A DNA stretch of 63,668 bases, the filler included, from Octopus bimaculoides (Eukaryota), in assembly GCF_001194135.2 (NCBI RefSeq). It is 7 parts of 6 records of this genome, joined end to end, with 100 filler letters (N's around TTAATTAATTAA, not from the genome) between each part and the next. Parts side by side here need not be neighbours in the genome. Positions count along the whole stretch, not along the records: positions 19,680 to 36,928 come from NC_069009.1; positions 37,029 to 45,039 come from NC_068984.1; 5 more parts are not named here. One strand, given 5' to 3'. Shown here piece after piece: positions 24,860 to 37,347 of the stretch (the stretch's first letter is position 1; each line of letters opens with the position of its first letter). Below the pieces are notes generated by a model, which saw only the letters and a program-made list of their open reading frames with translations, was not told the DNA's origin and ran no database searches. Both the position numbers and the translations under genes were made by a program.

Positions 24860-26367
24860 ATCCTTATTAGCGAAGGCAGAGGCCTTGTTTGCAGTCGTGT
24901 TTGTCTGTCCATGGCCGAAATATCTCAAGAACCAATGGATGGATTCCGATGAAACTTTCAGGGATATTTGGCCTCGTAACTGGCATGAACTGATTAGATT
25001 TTGGGATTGATCAGGTACTGGATAAGAATTCTGGATCTTTTTCCTGTTTTTTTACTTAATTTTTGAGAGCAGTGGAGGTTCAATTTTTAGTATTCTCATT
25101 TGTGAAAGCAGATGAGTTTATTTCAGATATTCTCATTTTAAAAATCATCACCGGCTAATCATTGAGAATATATTGGTGTTGCCTTGATGGAAGTTTGCAC
25201 TCTCTGAGTGCTCTTGTTATATATTATTATCAATATTATTATTACCTCCGTTTAGTGAAGGTGGAGGTATCGTTTTCCATCATGTTTGTTTGTCAATGGA
25301 CAATATCTCACGAACCCCTGGATGGATTCTGCTGAAACTTTCAGGGATGTTTGACCTTGTGACTGGCACAAACTGGTTAGATTTTGGGATCGATCTGGTA
25401 CCAGACAAGGATTCTGGATTATTTTTCCTGTTTTTTTACTTAATTATTGAATCTGGTCAGGTTCATTTTTAGCATTCTCATTTCTGAGAGCAGATGAGTT
25501 TATTTCAGATATTCTCATTTTAAAAAATCATCTCTGGTTAATCATTGAGAGGACATTGGTGTTGCCTTGACAGAGGTTTGTGCTCTCTGAGTGCTCTTGT
25601 TATATATTATTACCATTATTATTATTACCTCTGCTTTAGTGAAGGTGGGGGTATTTTTATCGGTCGTGTTTGTTTGTCAATGGACAAGATATCTCAAGAA
25701 CTGCTGGCTGGATTCCGATGAAACTTTCAGAGTGAGACTGGCACAAACTGATTAGATTTTGGGTTCAGTCCAGTAATGAACAAGGATTCTGGATTATTTT
25801 TCCTGTTTTTTTTCACTTAATTTTTGAGAACGGTCAGGTTCATTTTTAGTATTCTCCTTTGTGAGAGCAATCAAGTTTATTTCAGATATTCTCATTTTAA
25901 AAATCATCTCTGGCTAATCGTTGAGAGGACGTTGGTGTTGCCTTGGTGGAAGTTGTGCTTTCTGAGTGCTCTTGTTATATATTATTATCAATATTATTAT
26001 TACCTCCATTTAGCGAAGGCGGAGGTATTGTTTTCAGTTGTATTTGTTTGTTTGTTTCTCTTTGGACAAGATATCTCAAGAACTGCTGGATGGATTCAGA
26101 TGAAACTTTCAGGGATGTTTGGCCTTGTTACTAGCATGAACTGATTAGATTTGGGGATCGATCTGGTACCAGACAAGGATTCTGGACTATTTCTCCTGTT
26201 TTTTTACTTAATTTTTGAGAGCTGTCGGGTTCATTTTTAGTATTCTCGTTTGTGAGAGCAATCAAGTTTATTTCTGATATTCTCATTTTAAAAATCATCT
26301 TTGGCTAATCATACAGAGGACACTGGTGTTGCCTTGGTGGAAGTTGTGCTCGCTGAGTGCTCTTGTT
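24860..26367 (+). mobile_element. Tandem array of four ~375-bp Helentron-like non-autonomous units
   Basis: Units at ~24860-25218, 25241-25601, 25624-25976 and 25999-26367. Each has a 5' CCTCC..GAAGG(C/T)GGAGG hairpin, a CTGAGTGCTCTTGTT end and a conserved ATATATTATTA..ATTATT spacer. Confidence 0.8.
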
Positions 26368-26379
26368 ATATACTATTAA

Positions 26380-26410
<31 letters not shown>

Positions 26411-26706
26411 GCACTTCATATAATGTCACTTCTGCTTTATTTCATTCAAGTTATATAACTTGTATGTGGCTCCGTTTTCCCATCTCTTTTTATAACACTT
26501 TATGTCTCTTCTTGTTGTTGATATTGTCATTGTTAGTGTAGCTGGTGGCAAAGAGATTTATTTTTATCTGAACTTGTGTATGTGTGTGTATGTGTATGTG
26601 CGTGCATGTGCGTGGGTGGGTGAGACAGAATAAGTGTGTGCGAGTGTGTTTGTGTGTTTGTATATAGAGTCTGTGTGTGTATATGTGTGTAAGCATTTTA
26701 TGTTTC

Positions 26707-26744
<38 letters not shown>

Positions 26745-27821
26745 TGTATGATATATATGTATGTAGATATAAATATGTGTGTGTGTGTGTGTATATATAT
26801 GTATATGTATAAATATGTATATATATGTATACATATATATGCATACATATGTATATATGTATGTATATATATGCATACATATNNNNNNNNNNNNNNNNNN
26901 NNNNNNNNNNNNNNNNNNNNNNNNNNNNNNNNNNNNNNNNNNNNNNNNNNNNNNNNNNNNNNNNNNNNNNNNNNNNNNNNNNNNNNNNNNNNNNNNNNNN
27001 NNNNNNNNNNNNNNNNNNNNNNNNNNNNNNNNNNNNNNNNNNNNNNNNNNNNNNNNNNNNNNNNNNNNNNNNNNNNNNNNNNNNNNNNNNNNNNNNNNNN
27101 NNNNNNNNNNNNNNNNNNNNNNNNNNNNNNNNNNNNNNNNNNNNNNNNNNNNNNNNNNNNNNNNNNNNNNNNNNNNNNNNNNNNNNNNNNNNNNNNNNNN
27201 NNNNNNNNNNNNNNNNNNNNNNNNNNNNNNNNNNNNNNNNNNNNNNNNNNNNNNNNNNNNNNNNNNNNNNNNNNNNNNNNNNNNNNNNNNNNNNNNNNNN
27301 NNNNNNNNNNNNNNNNNNNNNNNNNNNNNNNNNNNNNNNNNNNNNNNNNNNNNNNNNNNNNNNNNNNNNNNNNNNNNNNNNNNNNNNNNNNNNNNNNNNN
27401 NNNNNNNNNNNNNNNNNNNNNNNNNNNNNNNNNNNNNNNNNNNNNNNNNNNNNNNNNNNNNNNNNNNNNNNNNNNNNNNNNNNNNNNNNNNNNNNNNNNN
27501 NNNNNNNNNNNNNNNNNNNNNNNNNNNNNNNNNNNNNNNNNNNNNNNNNNNNNNNNNNNNNNNNNNNNNNNNNNNNNNNNNNNNNNNNNNNNNNNNNNNN
27601 NNNNNNNNNNNNNNNNNNNNNNNNNNNNNNNNNNNNNNNNNNNNNNNNNNNNNNNNNNNNNNNNNNNNNNNNNNNNNNNNNNNNNNNNNNNNNNNNNNNN
27701 NNNNNNNNNNNNNNNNNNNNNNNNNNNNNNNNNNNNNNNNNNNNNNNNNNNNNNNNNNNNNNNNNNNNNNNNNNNNNNNNNNNNNNNNNNNNNNNNNNNN
27801 NNNNNNNNNNNNNNNNNNNNN

Positions 27822-27859
<38 letters not shown>

Positions 27860-27889
27860 ACATATATACATATGTATATATATGGTGTG

Positions 27890-27930
<41 letters not shown>

Positions 27931-28968
27931 TATATATGTCTGCAAATGCATAAATGTATATAAATATATATACATATTACATACATATATTTATACACAC
28001 ACACACACACGCACACATATACACACACATATATACACATATATCAACATAAATCCATATATATGCATATAGATATATACATGTACATGATGAAATTCAT
28101 TTATTGATAGACCTCTAAACATTCACACACATTTATATACCTGCATCTATGTATGCATATCCATATATACATACACACACGTACATAAAAAATACATATA
28201 CATACACATGTACATTCAAAGCACATATAAAATATACACATACATATATGTATACACACACACACACACACACACACACAAATACACACATATCATTCTA
28301 TTCAGTGCATGTTTGAAGTATCATTTTGTCAGTTGCTGTCAGAGTACCCCAGGGTATATATATATAAAGATAGATAACTAGCTCTTACATACTGGGGTAT
28401 GTATACGATTTTGGATTAAGCTTTATATCACTGACATTGGGTTGTGTGCATGTGTGTGTTGTTTTGTTTGTGTGTGTGTGAATGTAAAAGTATTTGTGAA
28501 GTGTTGCTGATCTTATCATTATACGTCTATTTATATATACAAACATGTATATATATATATATATATACACACTCATATATACACACATAATATATGGTTA
28601 TGAATATATAAACTTATATATGATTATACATATATGTGTATATATTTACACACACACACACACAAATAAATGTACAGATGTGTAAGTTTATATATGTGTA
28701 CACATATTTATATAAAAACATGCAAACACATAGCCGTATAGAAACACACACACACACACATAAACACGTGTATATAAATATATATGTGTTTGTATATTTA
28801 TATACATATAGGTATATGCATACATATGTGTGTGTGTATTTGCACACACGCTTATACACATTCATACACATGCGTGTATGTGTGCACATGTGTATATATA
28901 TATATATATTCATATATATATTTATATATATGCATTCATACATGTTTGTATATACATATATTCACACA

Positions 28969-29008
<40 letters not shown>

Positions 29009-29024
29009 TGTATATATGCTCCCT

Positions 29025-29069
<45 letters not shown>

Positions 29070-29275
29070 TCAGGAACACACACTTGCATACCCAGATAAT
29101 ATTGCTAAATTACAATATAAGAACATTGTCCATGTCTCCAGAGTTCCGAGGTGGATGTAGACAGACACAGAAGCTGACAGTTATTTAATATAAGAAACAC
29201 ATTCAAATATACTGGCCTATCACCTTACCATTGTCTTGGAGAGAGATTGCAGCCTGGTGATGCCATGATGTTCTG

Positions 29276-29358
29276 GTTAGGTTAGAAGGCGCGAAACACT
29301 ATATATTATAACGTAATGTATTGTAGCAATATACATATATACACACATACATATAACC

Positions 29359-29423
<65 letters not shown>

Positions 29424-29554
29424 TATAGACGTATGTATATATATATATATATATATAAAACCACATATAAATAAATACTGATGTGTATGTATATGTATGT
29501 ATATATATATGCAAACTTATACACGTGTGTGTGTGTGTATAAGTTGGCATACCT
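29276..29554 (+). mobile_element. Microsatellite-containing HINE/DINE-1-like element, copy 1
   Basis: GTTAGGTTAGAAGGCGCGAAACAC..core repeats..ATGCAAACTTATACAC-loop-GTGTATAAGTTGGCAT-ACCT. Same ends as 32333-32645. Confidence 0.7.
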
Positions 29555-30219
29555 ATAAATGAGTATAAATATATCTATACATATATATATACATGTGCAT
29601 GCATATGTGTGTGTGTATGTGTGTGCATTTACACACATAATTTATGTACTCATATACATAAGAGAAGAAGAAGAAGAAGAAGAAGAAGAAGAATTGGAAG
29701 AAGAAAAGGAAGGAGAAGATACAAATATGATTATTGTGACAGAGTAACAAATTAAGAATTTAATTAAATTGATATATATATATACATATATATACACACA
29801 CACATACATGCACACATGGATGACATGTGAGTATATATATAGATGTGTGTGTATAGATAAAATATATACTAGGAGATTCAGCCGGCAGTACTAAGGTATG
29901 GTATCAATACAATATAATGGTTTCATATAGATACTTCAACACACATTACATACATCAAGAATTGGCATCTCGCTCAGACATTACTGCAGTGAAATGCAAT
30001 AATGTCCACTTCTTCATTCAAGAACATCAGAAGAAACAATATTCTTGGTTCTGCCATATGATGCTCCATCAAAGAGACAACCAAGTTTGTTCCCAACTCT
30101 TGAGATGTTAACTTTAACTCTAATGAAAAAAAAAGGTATCGGAGGTGATGTATACCCTGTGTGCACACAAGAATAAAATAAAATTTAATTTAATAAATAT
30201 ATTCTCAGATGAATTCATA

Positions 30220-30485
30220 TTTCAACAAAATGTCATCATGAGTTAGTTTCCTTGCTTATCGTTTATACATATGTAACAAAGGAAAAAAAAAACATTTTGA
30301 TTCACCCATCCAATAGTTTTCAAGATAATCAAACCAAAATTTAATGAGTTTGAGCCACTTACCTAATGAGTATTTCTGCCAAATTTGGTGAAAATCCGTT
30401 CAGCTATTTTCCAGTAAGTTTGGAAACACACAGACAAAAATGAGCGACTACAATAACCCTGCTTTGCTTACATGCTCAGGGTTAA
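30220..30485 (-). mobile_element. DINE-1/HINE-like fragment
   Basis: CCAAATTTGGTGAAAATCCGTTCAG..CAGACAAA..TAACCCTG-loop-CAGGGTTA terminal hairpin. Confidence 0.5.
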
Positions 30486-30517
30486 TCAGATCGTGTGAAA
30501 ATGCAGGATCCACCAGT

Positions 30518-30737
30518 TTAGCCCTGTAAAAATCAAATTACTCTGTCAAATGTAATGCTTATTTATTCACATTATTTTGAATTACAAATGCATTATTTTG
30601 TAGCATTCAGATTTCAATAATGTGACTTTATTTTCTGGATGGCATTGTCGGGTAGGTGTAAGAGGGTAGATCTGACTGGTTTAAAACAGGAAGAATAATT
30701 GGCTTGGATATAGTTGGCTTAAGTGCTAAAGAGCTAA
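30518..30737. mobile_element. Degenerate piggyBac-like MITE
   Basis: Ends TTAGCCCT..AAAGAGCTAA resemble TTAACCCT..AGGGTTAA. Confidence 0.5.
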
Positions 30738-30966
30738 ACCATCAAAATTCCATGCTAAGGTTTGTCCCAGACATCAGCTTTAATTGAAGCAAGGTCCATG
30801 TATTTCAACAGATTTTATGGCAACAATAAGGTTAAAGCAATCTAAGTTAAAACATCCCATCAAAATTTCATGTTAATTTTTGTCCCAAGCACTAGCTTAA
30901 TAATAAGTAAAATTATTTTACCAAATTCTTCATTTTCAAAATTATCTGAAACAAAGGCAATGCATT

Positions 30967-31407
30967 ATTTACATTTGACGGCTATTTGTCCTCATCTTGT
31001 TTGTTGTTAACACGTTTTGGCTGATATACCCTCCAGCCTTCATCAGGTGTCTTGGGGAAATTTCGAACCTGGGTTCTCATTCCTAAGGTATTTTTCAATC
31101 TTATTATTATTATCATTATTATTATTATCCAGGTCACTGTCTGGAATCGAACTTGGAATCTTGGGGTTAGTAGCCCGCGCCCTTAACCATTATGCTATAT
31201 GCCCGTGGGCAATTATGGAGTGAATTCTAGGGCTTATAAATCTAATACTTTCCTATCCTCCCAGTTTCAAAATTTCCCCAAGACACCTGATGAAGGCTGG
31301 AGGGTATATCAGCTGAAACGTTGTGTTAACAACAAACAAGATGAGGACCAAATATCCGTCAAATGTAAATAATGTACATAATTCCTCATCTCTTAAATAT
31401 AGAACTG
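30967..31407 (-). mobile_element. Fold-back element with tRNA-like Pol III head and inverted hammerhead-bearing arms, copy 1 (14-bp TSD AAAGGCAATGCATT)
   Basis: Arms at 30967-31065 and 31267-31370 are inverted. A box TAGCATAATGG (31197-31187) and B box AGTTCGATTCC (31153-31143) on the minus strand. TSD at 30953-30966 and 31408-31421. Confidence 0.85.
31281..31327 (+). ncRNA. Minimal type I hammerhead ribozyme motif (Penelope-type)
   Basis: GACAC-CTGATGA-A-GGCTG(GAGGGTATAT)CAGCT-GAAA-CG-TT-GTGTT. Stem I GACAC/GTGTT, stem II GGCTG/CAGCT, loopless palindromic stem III (AACGTT), predicted cut after GUU (31322). Activity untested. Confidence 0.7.
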
Positions 31408-32240
31408 AAAGGCAATGCATTTTGACAGAAATATGGTAACAAAAGGATGAAAGTGATCTAAGTTGAAAACCTCCCATCAAAATTTCATGTTAATTTGGTG
31501 TTCCAAATACCAGCATAATAATGACAAAGTTATTTTACTAAATTCTTTATTATTTTGAAAATCAATTGAAATGAAAGCAATGTATTTCAACAGAAATATG
31601 CTAACAAAAGGGTTAACCGTTTTCATGCCAAATTGCCTGAGAACTGTCTCTGGTTCTATGATACAAACTTCTGGTTTGAAAGAGATCTAAATTAAAAACT
31701 TCCATCAAAATTTCATGTTAATTTATGTTCCAAACACCAGCCTTAATAACGACAAAGTTATTTTACTAAATTCGTCATTATTTTCAAAATTAATTAAAAC
31801 AAAAGTAAAATGCTTCAACAGAAATATGGTAGGAAAATGGTTAATGTAATCTAAACTTAAACCAAAATTTCATGTTAATATTCCAAACACCAGCTTAATA
31901 ATGATAAAATTATTTTACTAAATTCTTCACTTTCAAAACTGAAACAAAGGCAGCATATTTCAGGAGAAATATGGTATCAAACGGTTAAATTATGTTCCAA
32001 ACACCTGCATAATAATGATAGTTATTTTACTGAATTCTTCATTGTTCTAAAAATTAATTGAAGCAAAGGAAGTCTATTCCAACAGAGATATGGTAACAAA
32101 AGGGTTAAAGTGATCTAAATGAGAACCTATCAGAATTTCATGTTATTTCATATTCCAGTCACCAGTTTAATACTGGCAAAGTTATTTTGATGAGATCAAC
32201 ATTATTTTTTCAAAGCTATTTGAAATGAAGGCATTCTTTT

Positions 32241-32447
32241 AGTAACAAAGTGAAAGGCAGATTGTATGATGCCTGTGTGAAAACAGCCATGCTACACAGC
32301 AGTGAAACATGGGCTGTGACCACTGAGGATATGTTAGGTTAGAAGGCGCGAAACACTATATATTATATCATAATGTATTGTAGCAATATACATATATACA
32401 CACATACATATAAACGTATGTATATAAAAATATATACACATATAAAC

Positions 32448-32490
<43 letters not shown>

Positions 32491-33170
32491 AACGTGTATA
32501 TATATATATATATATATCTCTATATATACACATATAGACGTATGTATATATATATATATATAAAACCACATATAAATAAATACTGATATGTATGTATATA
32601 CATATGCAAACTTATACACGTGTGTGTGTATAAGTTGGCATACCTTGAAAGAAGTGAAGCCTGTATGCTCTGTTAGATGTGCAATGTCAGTGTGCATGTA
32701 TGACAGAATGTAAGCATCTTCAGAGAAAAGCTGGGCATAAGAGGCATCAGATGTTGTGTGTGAGAGAGAGACAACTGCACTGGTATGGTCATGTGATGTG
32801 TGTGGATGAGGACAGCTGCGTAAAGGAGTGCCGATCTCTAACTGTGGAGGGAACTTGTGGAAGAGGCAGACCCAGGAAGACGTAGGATGAGGCGGTGAAG
32901 CATGATCCTCAAACATTGGTCCTCGTGCAGGCAATGAAAAGTGACTGAGACCTTTGATGATATGCTGTGCTTGAGAAGACTCATCAAGCAAAATGAGATT
33001 TTAGTCATGACTGATGCTGGTGTCACGTAACTAGCACCTGCGCTGGAGGCACATAAAAGGTGTCCATTAGGAAGGGCATCCAACCATAGAAACCAGGCCA
33101 AATCAGATTGGAACATAGTGAGGCTCTCCGGTTCACCAGTTCCAGTCAAACCGTCTAACCCAGCATACAT
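32241..33170 (+). mobile_element. RTE-clade LINE 3' fragment interrupted at 32333-32645
   Basis: VKGRLYDACVKTAMLHSSETWAVTTEDM / LERSEA..RERQLHWYGHVMCVDEDSCVKECRSLTVEGTCGRGRPRKT followed by a 3' UTR. Confidence 0.9.
32333..32645 (+). mobile_element. Microsatellite-containing HINE/DINE-1-like element, copy 2, nested in the RTE
   Basis: Same termini and terminal hairpin as 29276-29554, with more internal TACACATATA(A/G)ACGT core repeats. Confidence 0.75.
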
Positions 33171-33244
33171 ATACACACAATATATGAAAGTAGATATACA
33201 TATATACGCAGATATATGTGTGTGTGTGCATGCATATAAAAAAA

Positions 33245-33480
33245 ATGGGTACTCATATCAATATAGCTTTACTTGTTTCAAATCATTTGACTGCAGCCAT
33301 GCTGGGGCATCACCTTTAGTTGAGCAAATCGACCCTAGCACTTTTTTTTTTTTTTAAGCCTAGTACATATTTTATTGGTAATTTTTGCCAAACTGCTAAG
33401 CTACGGGGACCTAAACACACCACCATCGGTTGTCAAGCAATGTTGCGGGGACAAACACACATACACAAACATATACACAC
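33245..33480 (-). mobile_element. SINE family B, 3' half
   Basis: TTACTTGTTTCA..GCCATGCTGG..CGGTTGTCAAGC..GGGACAAACAC. Confidence 0.8.
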
Positions 33481-33889
33481 ACACAAACACATTATATATA
33501 TATATATATATATATATACATNNNNNNNNNNNNNNNNNNNNNNNNNNNNNNNNNNNNNNNNNNNNNNNNNNNNNNNNNNNNNNNNNNNNNNNNNNNNNNN
33601 NNNNNNNNNNNNNNNNNNNNNNNNNNNNNNNNNNNNNNNNNNNNNNNNNNNNNNNNNNNNNNNNNNNNNNNNNNNNNNNNNNNNNNNNNNNNNNNNNNNN
33701 NNNNNNNNNNNNNNNNNNNNNNNNNNNNNNNNNNNNNNNNNNNNNNNNNNNNNNNNNNNNNNNNNNNNNNNNNNNNNNNNNNNNNNNNNNNNNNNNNNNN
33801 NNNNNNNNNNNNNNNNNNNNNNNNNNNNNNNNNNNNNNNNNNNNNNNNNNNNNNNNNNNNNNNNNNNNNNNNNNNNNGTCTGTGCATGT

Positions 33890-33936
<47 letters not shown>

Positions 33937-34456
33937 GAGAGAGAGAGAGACAGCTATAGTCTTGCACACACACACACACATATATATACATAAATGCAAA
34001 TATATGAATATATAAATATATACACAGTCACTGGCATAGATTGTCTTCCCAACTTTTTTATGTTCCAAAAAAATAATTGGAGTTTTATTTATTTAGAATA
34101 ACTTTGTACAATATTATTATTATTATTATCATCATCATCATCATCATTATCATCGGCATTATTATTATTATTATTATTATTATTGATAGTACTTTTACTA
34201 TTATAATTTTTATTATTCATACTATTGTTGTTATTATTATTACTGTTGTCAGTGTTTGTTATAATTTCATTTCAACCAATTGTCCTTTTGTTTATCTATG
34301 TTTTTTTGTAGACTCCAAAGCTTATATATATATAAATATATACACACACACGCATGTGTGTGTATGTTTATATATATATATAGAGATGTATGTACATATG
34401 TATTCATATGCATGCACATACATACATAATTATTCATATTCATATATATGTGTGTG

Positions 34457-34522
<66 letters not shown>

Positions 34523-34745
34523 CACACATATATCTGTATGTTTTACATGTGTGTGTGTGTGTCTGCACGCATATAATTGCATATGTATGAACACATATCA
34601 GAACCTCTAAATTCATATGAACACACACATATGTATAAAGAGAGGGAGAGAGGGTGAAAGAGAGAGGAAGATCTATGTATTTGAAATCAATGTACATAAC
34701 CACAGTTAAGAAATTATATATATATATATATATATNNNNNNNNNN

Positions 34746-34785
<40 letters not shown>

Positions 34786-34895
34786 CTGTACATGAATATA
34801 TATATACATACATGTATATGAATATATATATGCATATATATATATATACATATATATACATTTATATATAAATATATGTATACACCCACACACAT

Positions 34896-34927
<32 letters not shown>

Positions 34928-36011
34928 GTATATATATATATATATATACATATATATATACACATACATATGTATATATAAATATATATATAAATACATG
35001 TATATATATACATATATATATATATACATGTATATATATATACACATATATATATATATATATATACACATGTATATATAAAGAAATATATATGTATATA
35101 TATACATATACATATAAAGAAATATATATGTATATATATATACATATACATATAAAGAAATATATATGTATATATATATACATATACATATAAAGAAATA
35201 TATATGTATATATATATACATATACATATAAAGAAATATNNNNNNNNNNNNNNNNNNNNNNNNNNNNNNNNNNNNNNNNNNNNNNNNNNNNNNNNNNNNN
35301 NNNNNNNNNNNNNNNNNNNNNNNNNNNNNNNNNNNNNNNNNNNNNNNNNNNNNNNNNNNNNNNNNNNNNNNNNNNNNNNNNNNNNNNNNNNNNNNNNNNN
35401 NNNNNNNNNNNNNNNNNNNNNNNNNNNNNNNNNNNNNNNNNNNNNNNNNNNNNNNNNNNNNNNNNNNNNNNNNNNNNNNNNNNNNNNNNNNNNNNNNNNN
35501 NNNNNNNNNNNNNNNNNNNNNNNNNNNNNNNNNNNNNNNNNNNNNNNNNNNNNNNNNNNNNNNNNNNNNNNNNNNNNNNNNNNNNNNNNNNNNNNNNNNN
35601 NNNNNNNNNNNNNNNNNNNNNNNNNNNNNNNNNNNNNNNNNNNNNNNNNNNNNNNNNNNNNNNNNNNNNNNNNNNNNNNNNNNNNNNNNNNNNNNNNNNN
35701 NNNNNNNNNNNNNNNNNNNNNNNNNNNNNNNNNNNNNNNNNNNNNNNNNNNNNNNNNNNNNNNNNNNNNNNNNNNNNNNNNNNNNNNNNNNNNNNNNNNN
35801 NNNNNNNNNNNNNNNNNNNNNNNNNNNNNNNNNNNNNNNNNNNNNNNNNNNNNNNNNNNNNNNNNNNNNNNNNNNNNNNNNNNNNNNNNNNNNNNNNNNN
35901 NNNNNNNNNNNNNNNNNNNNNNNNNNNNNNNNNNNNNNNNNNNNNNNNNNNNNNNNNNNNNNNNNNNNNNNNNNNNNNNNNNNNNNNNNNNNNNNNNNNN
36001 NNNNNNNNNNN

Positions 36012-36054
<43 letters not shown>

Positions 36055-36848
36055 TACATATACATATATATCCACACATTATTATTATTATTATTATCAT
36101 TATTATTATACATCATCATCTTCATTATAATCATTAATACTATTATTATTCATTATTATTATCATCATCATCATTATTATTACTATCACTATAATTATCA
36201 TTATCATTATTATTATTATTATTTTATTATTATTATCATTTAACCTTTTTTCTCTTGTTGTGTTTGTGCGTTTGCTTTTGTATTGTTTTTTTTCTTTCCA
36301 CTCTTCTCTTGCTTTCCTTCTTTTTTTCCTTTTCCTTTCCTTTGTTGTCTGTATTATGTGGGTTGAAAGGAGCTGTAAACCATCGCTATTGTCATCATCA
36401 TCGTTGTTATCATCATCATCAACATTATCATCGTTTTCTTCATCATCATCATCGACATCATTATCATCATATCCACACCATCATTGTCATTATTAATTAC
36501 ATCATCATCATCATCACCACCACCACCAACCAACACCATCATCATCATCATCATCACCATTGCCATCATCATCATCATCCCCGTCATTGTTGTTGGCATC
36601 ACCATCATTGCCACCACCACCATTATTATTGACCCCACCACCCCATTATTATTGTCATGATCATCAGCACCACCATCAACATCATCATCACCATCGTCGC
36701 CACCACTACCACAATAAGCATTGATTGTCATCATCATCACCAACAACATCACCACAATCATCATCATCATAATCACCACCACCACCATCATTACAACACC
36801 CATAAACCGACTGGTAAGATTAACCATGATGGATATACAATACTGTAC

Positions 36849-36894
<46 letters not shown>

Positions 36895-36928
36895 CATACA
36901 TATACATACATACATATACATATATATA

Positions 36929-37028
36929 NNNNNNNNNNNNNNNNNNNNNNNNNNNNNNNNNNNNNNNNNNNNTTAATTAATTAANNNNNNNNNNNNNNNN
37001 NNNNNNNNNNNNNNNNNNNNNNNNNNNN
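36929..37028. other. Artificial scaffold linker
   Basis: 44 N + TTAATTAATTAA (36973-36984) + 44 N. Confidence 0.95.
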
Positions 37029-37310
37029 GACACACTTCTGTGTCCTGTTTGTTTTGCCAAGGGAAGTTATCCCTCTCATCGTGATCTGAAACCCGGATCC
37101 GTTCGTGCTACAGATCACGATGAGAGGGATAACTTCCCTTGGCAAAACAAACAGGACACAGAAGTGTGTCGATAAGCCAGCTGGAGGAGATGTCCTCCTG
37201 GGGCTAAACGCAACAGTAACATCCACCCCTAGGGGTCAGCCACATTTAAGTGGCAATATACTTCACTTTATCGTGCAGTTACTGTTAATACCTCATTTAG
37301 AGAATTAACA
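37029..37310. mobile_element. Interspersed repeat (second copy 45140-45350, opposite strand) with a perfect 60-bp hairpin at its start
   Basis: TCGATAAGCCAGCTGGAGGAGATGTCCTCCTGGGGCTAAA..CATTTAGAGAATTAAC shared with 45140-45350. 37029-37088 is the exact reverse complement of 37111-37170. Confidence 0.75.
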
Positions 37311-37315
37311 TTGCT

Positions 37316-37347
<32 letters not shown>

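Larger units (their letters stand above)
30738..32240. repeat. Array of ~130-230-bp piggyBac-like MITE modules joined at TTAA
   Basis: About 7 modules share CATCAAAATTTCATGTTAATT..CAGCTTAATAA..GAAATATGGTAACAAAAGGGTTAA. One TTAA-to-TTAA unit lies at 31613-31844. Confidence 0.75.

Noticed and set aside
29917-30111. 64-aa ORF as a host exon
   Set aside because: KKQYSWFCHMM resembles a decayed RTE QL.WFGHVMR motif, and there is no good donor.
31131-31210. Functional tRNA gene (also 58435-58513, 37949-38010, 59103-59175)
   Set aside because: A and B boxes are present but the acceptor stem and anticodon are not conserved between copies; these are SINE heads.
24860-32240. Regularly spaced repeats as CRISPR arrays
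   Set aside because: Units are 130-380 bp transposon modules without unique spacers, and no cas genes are present.
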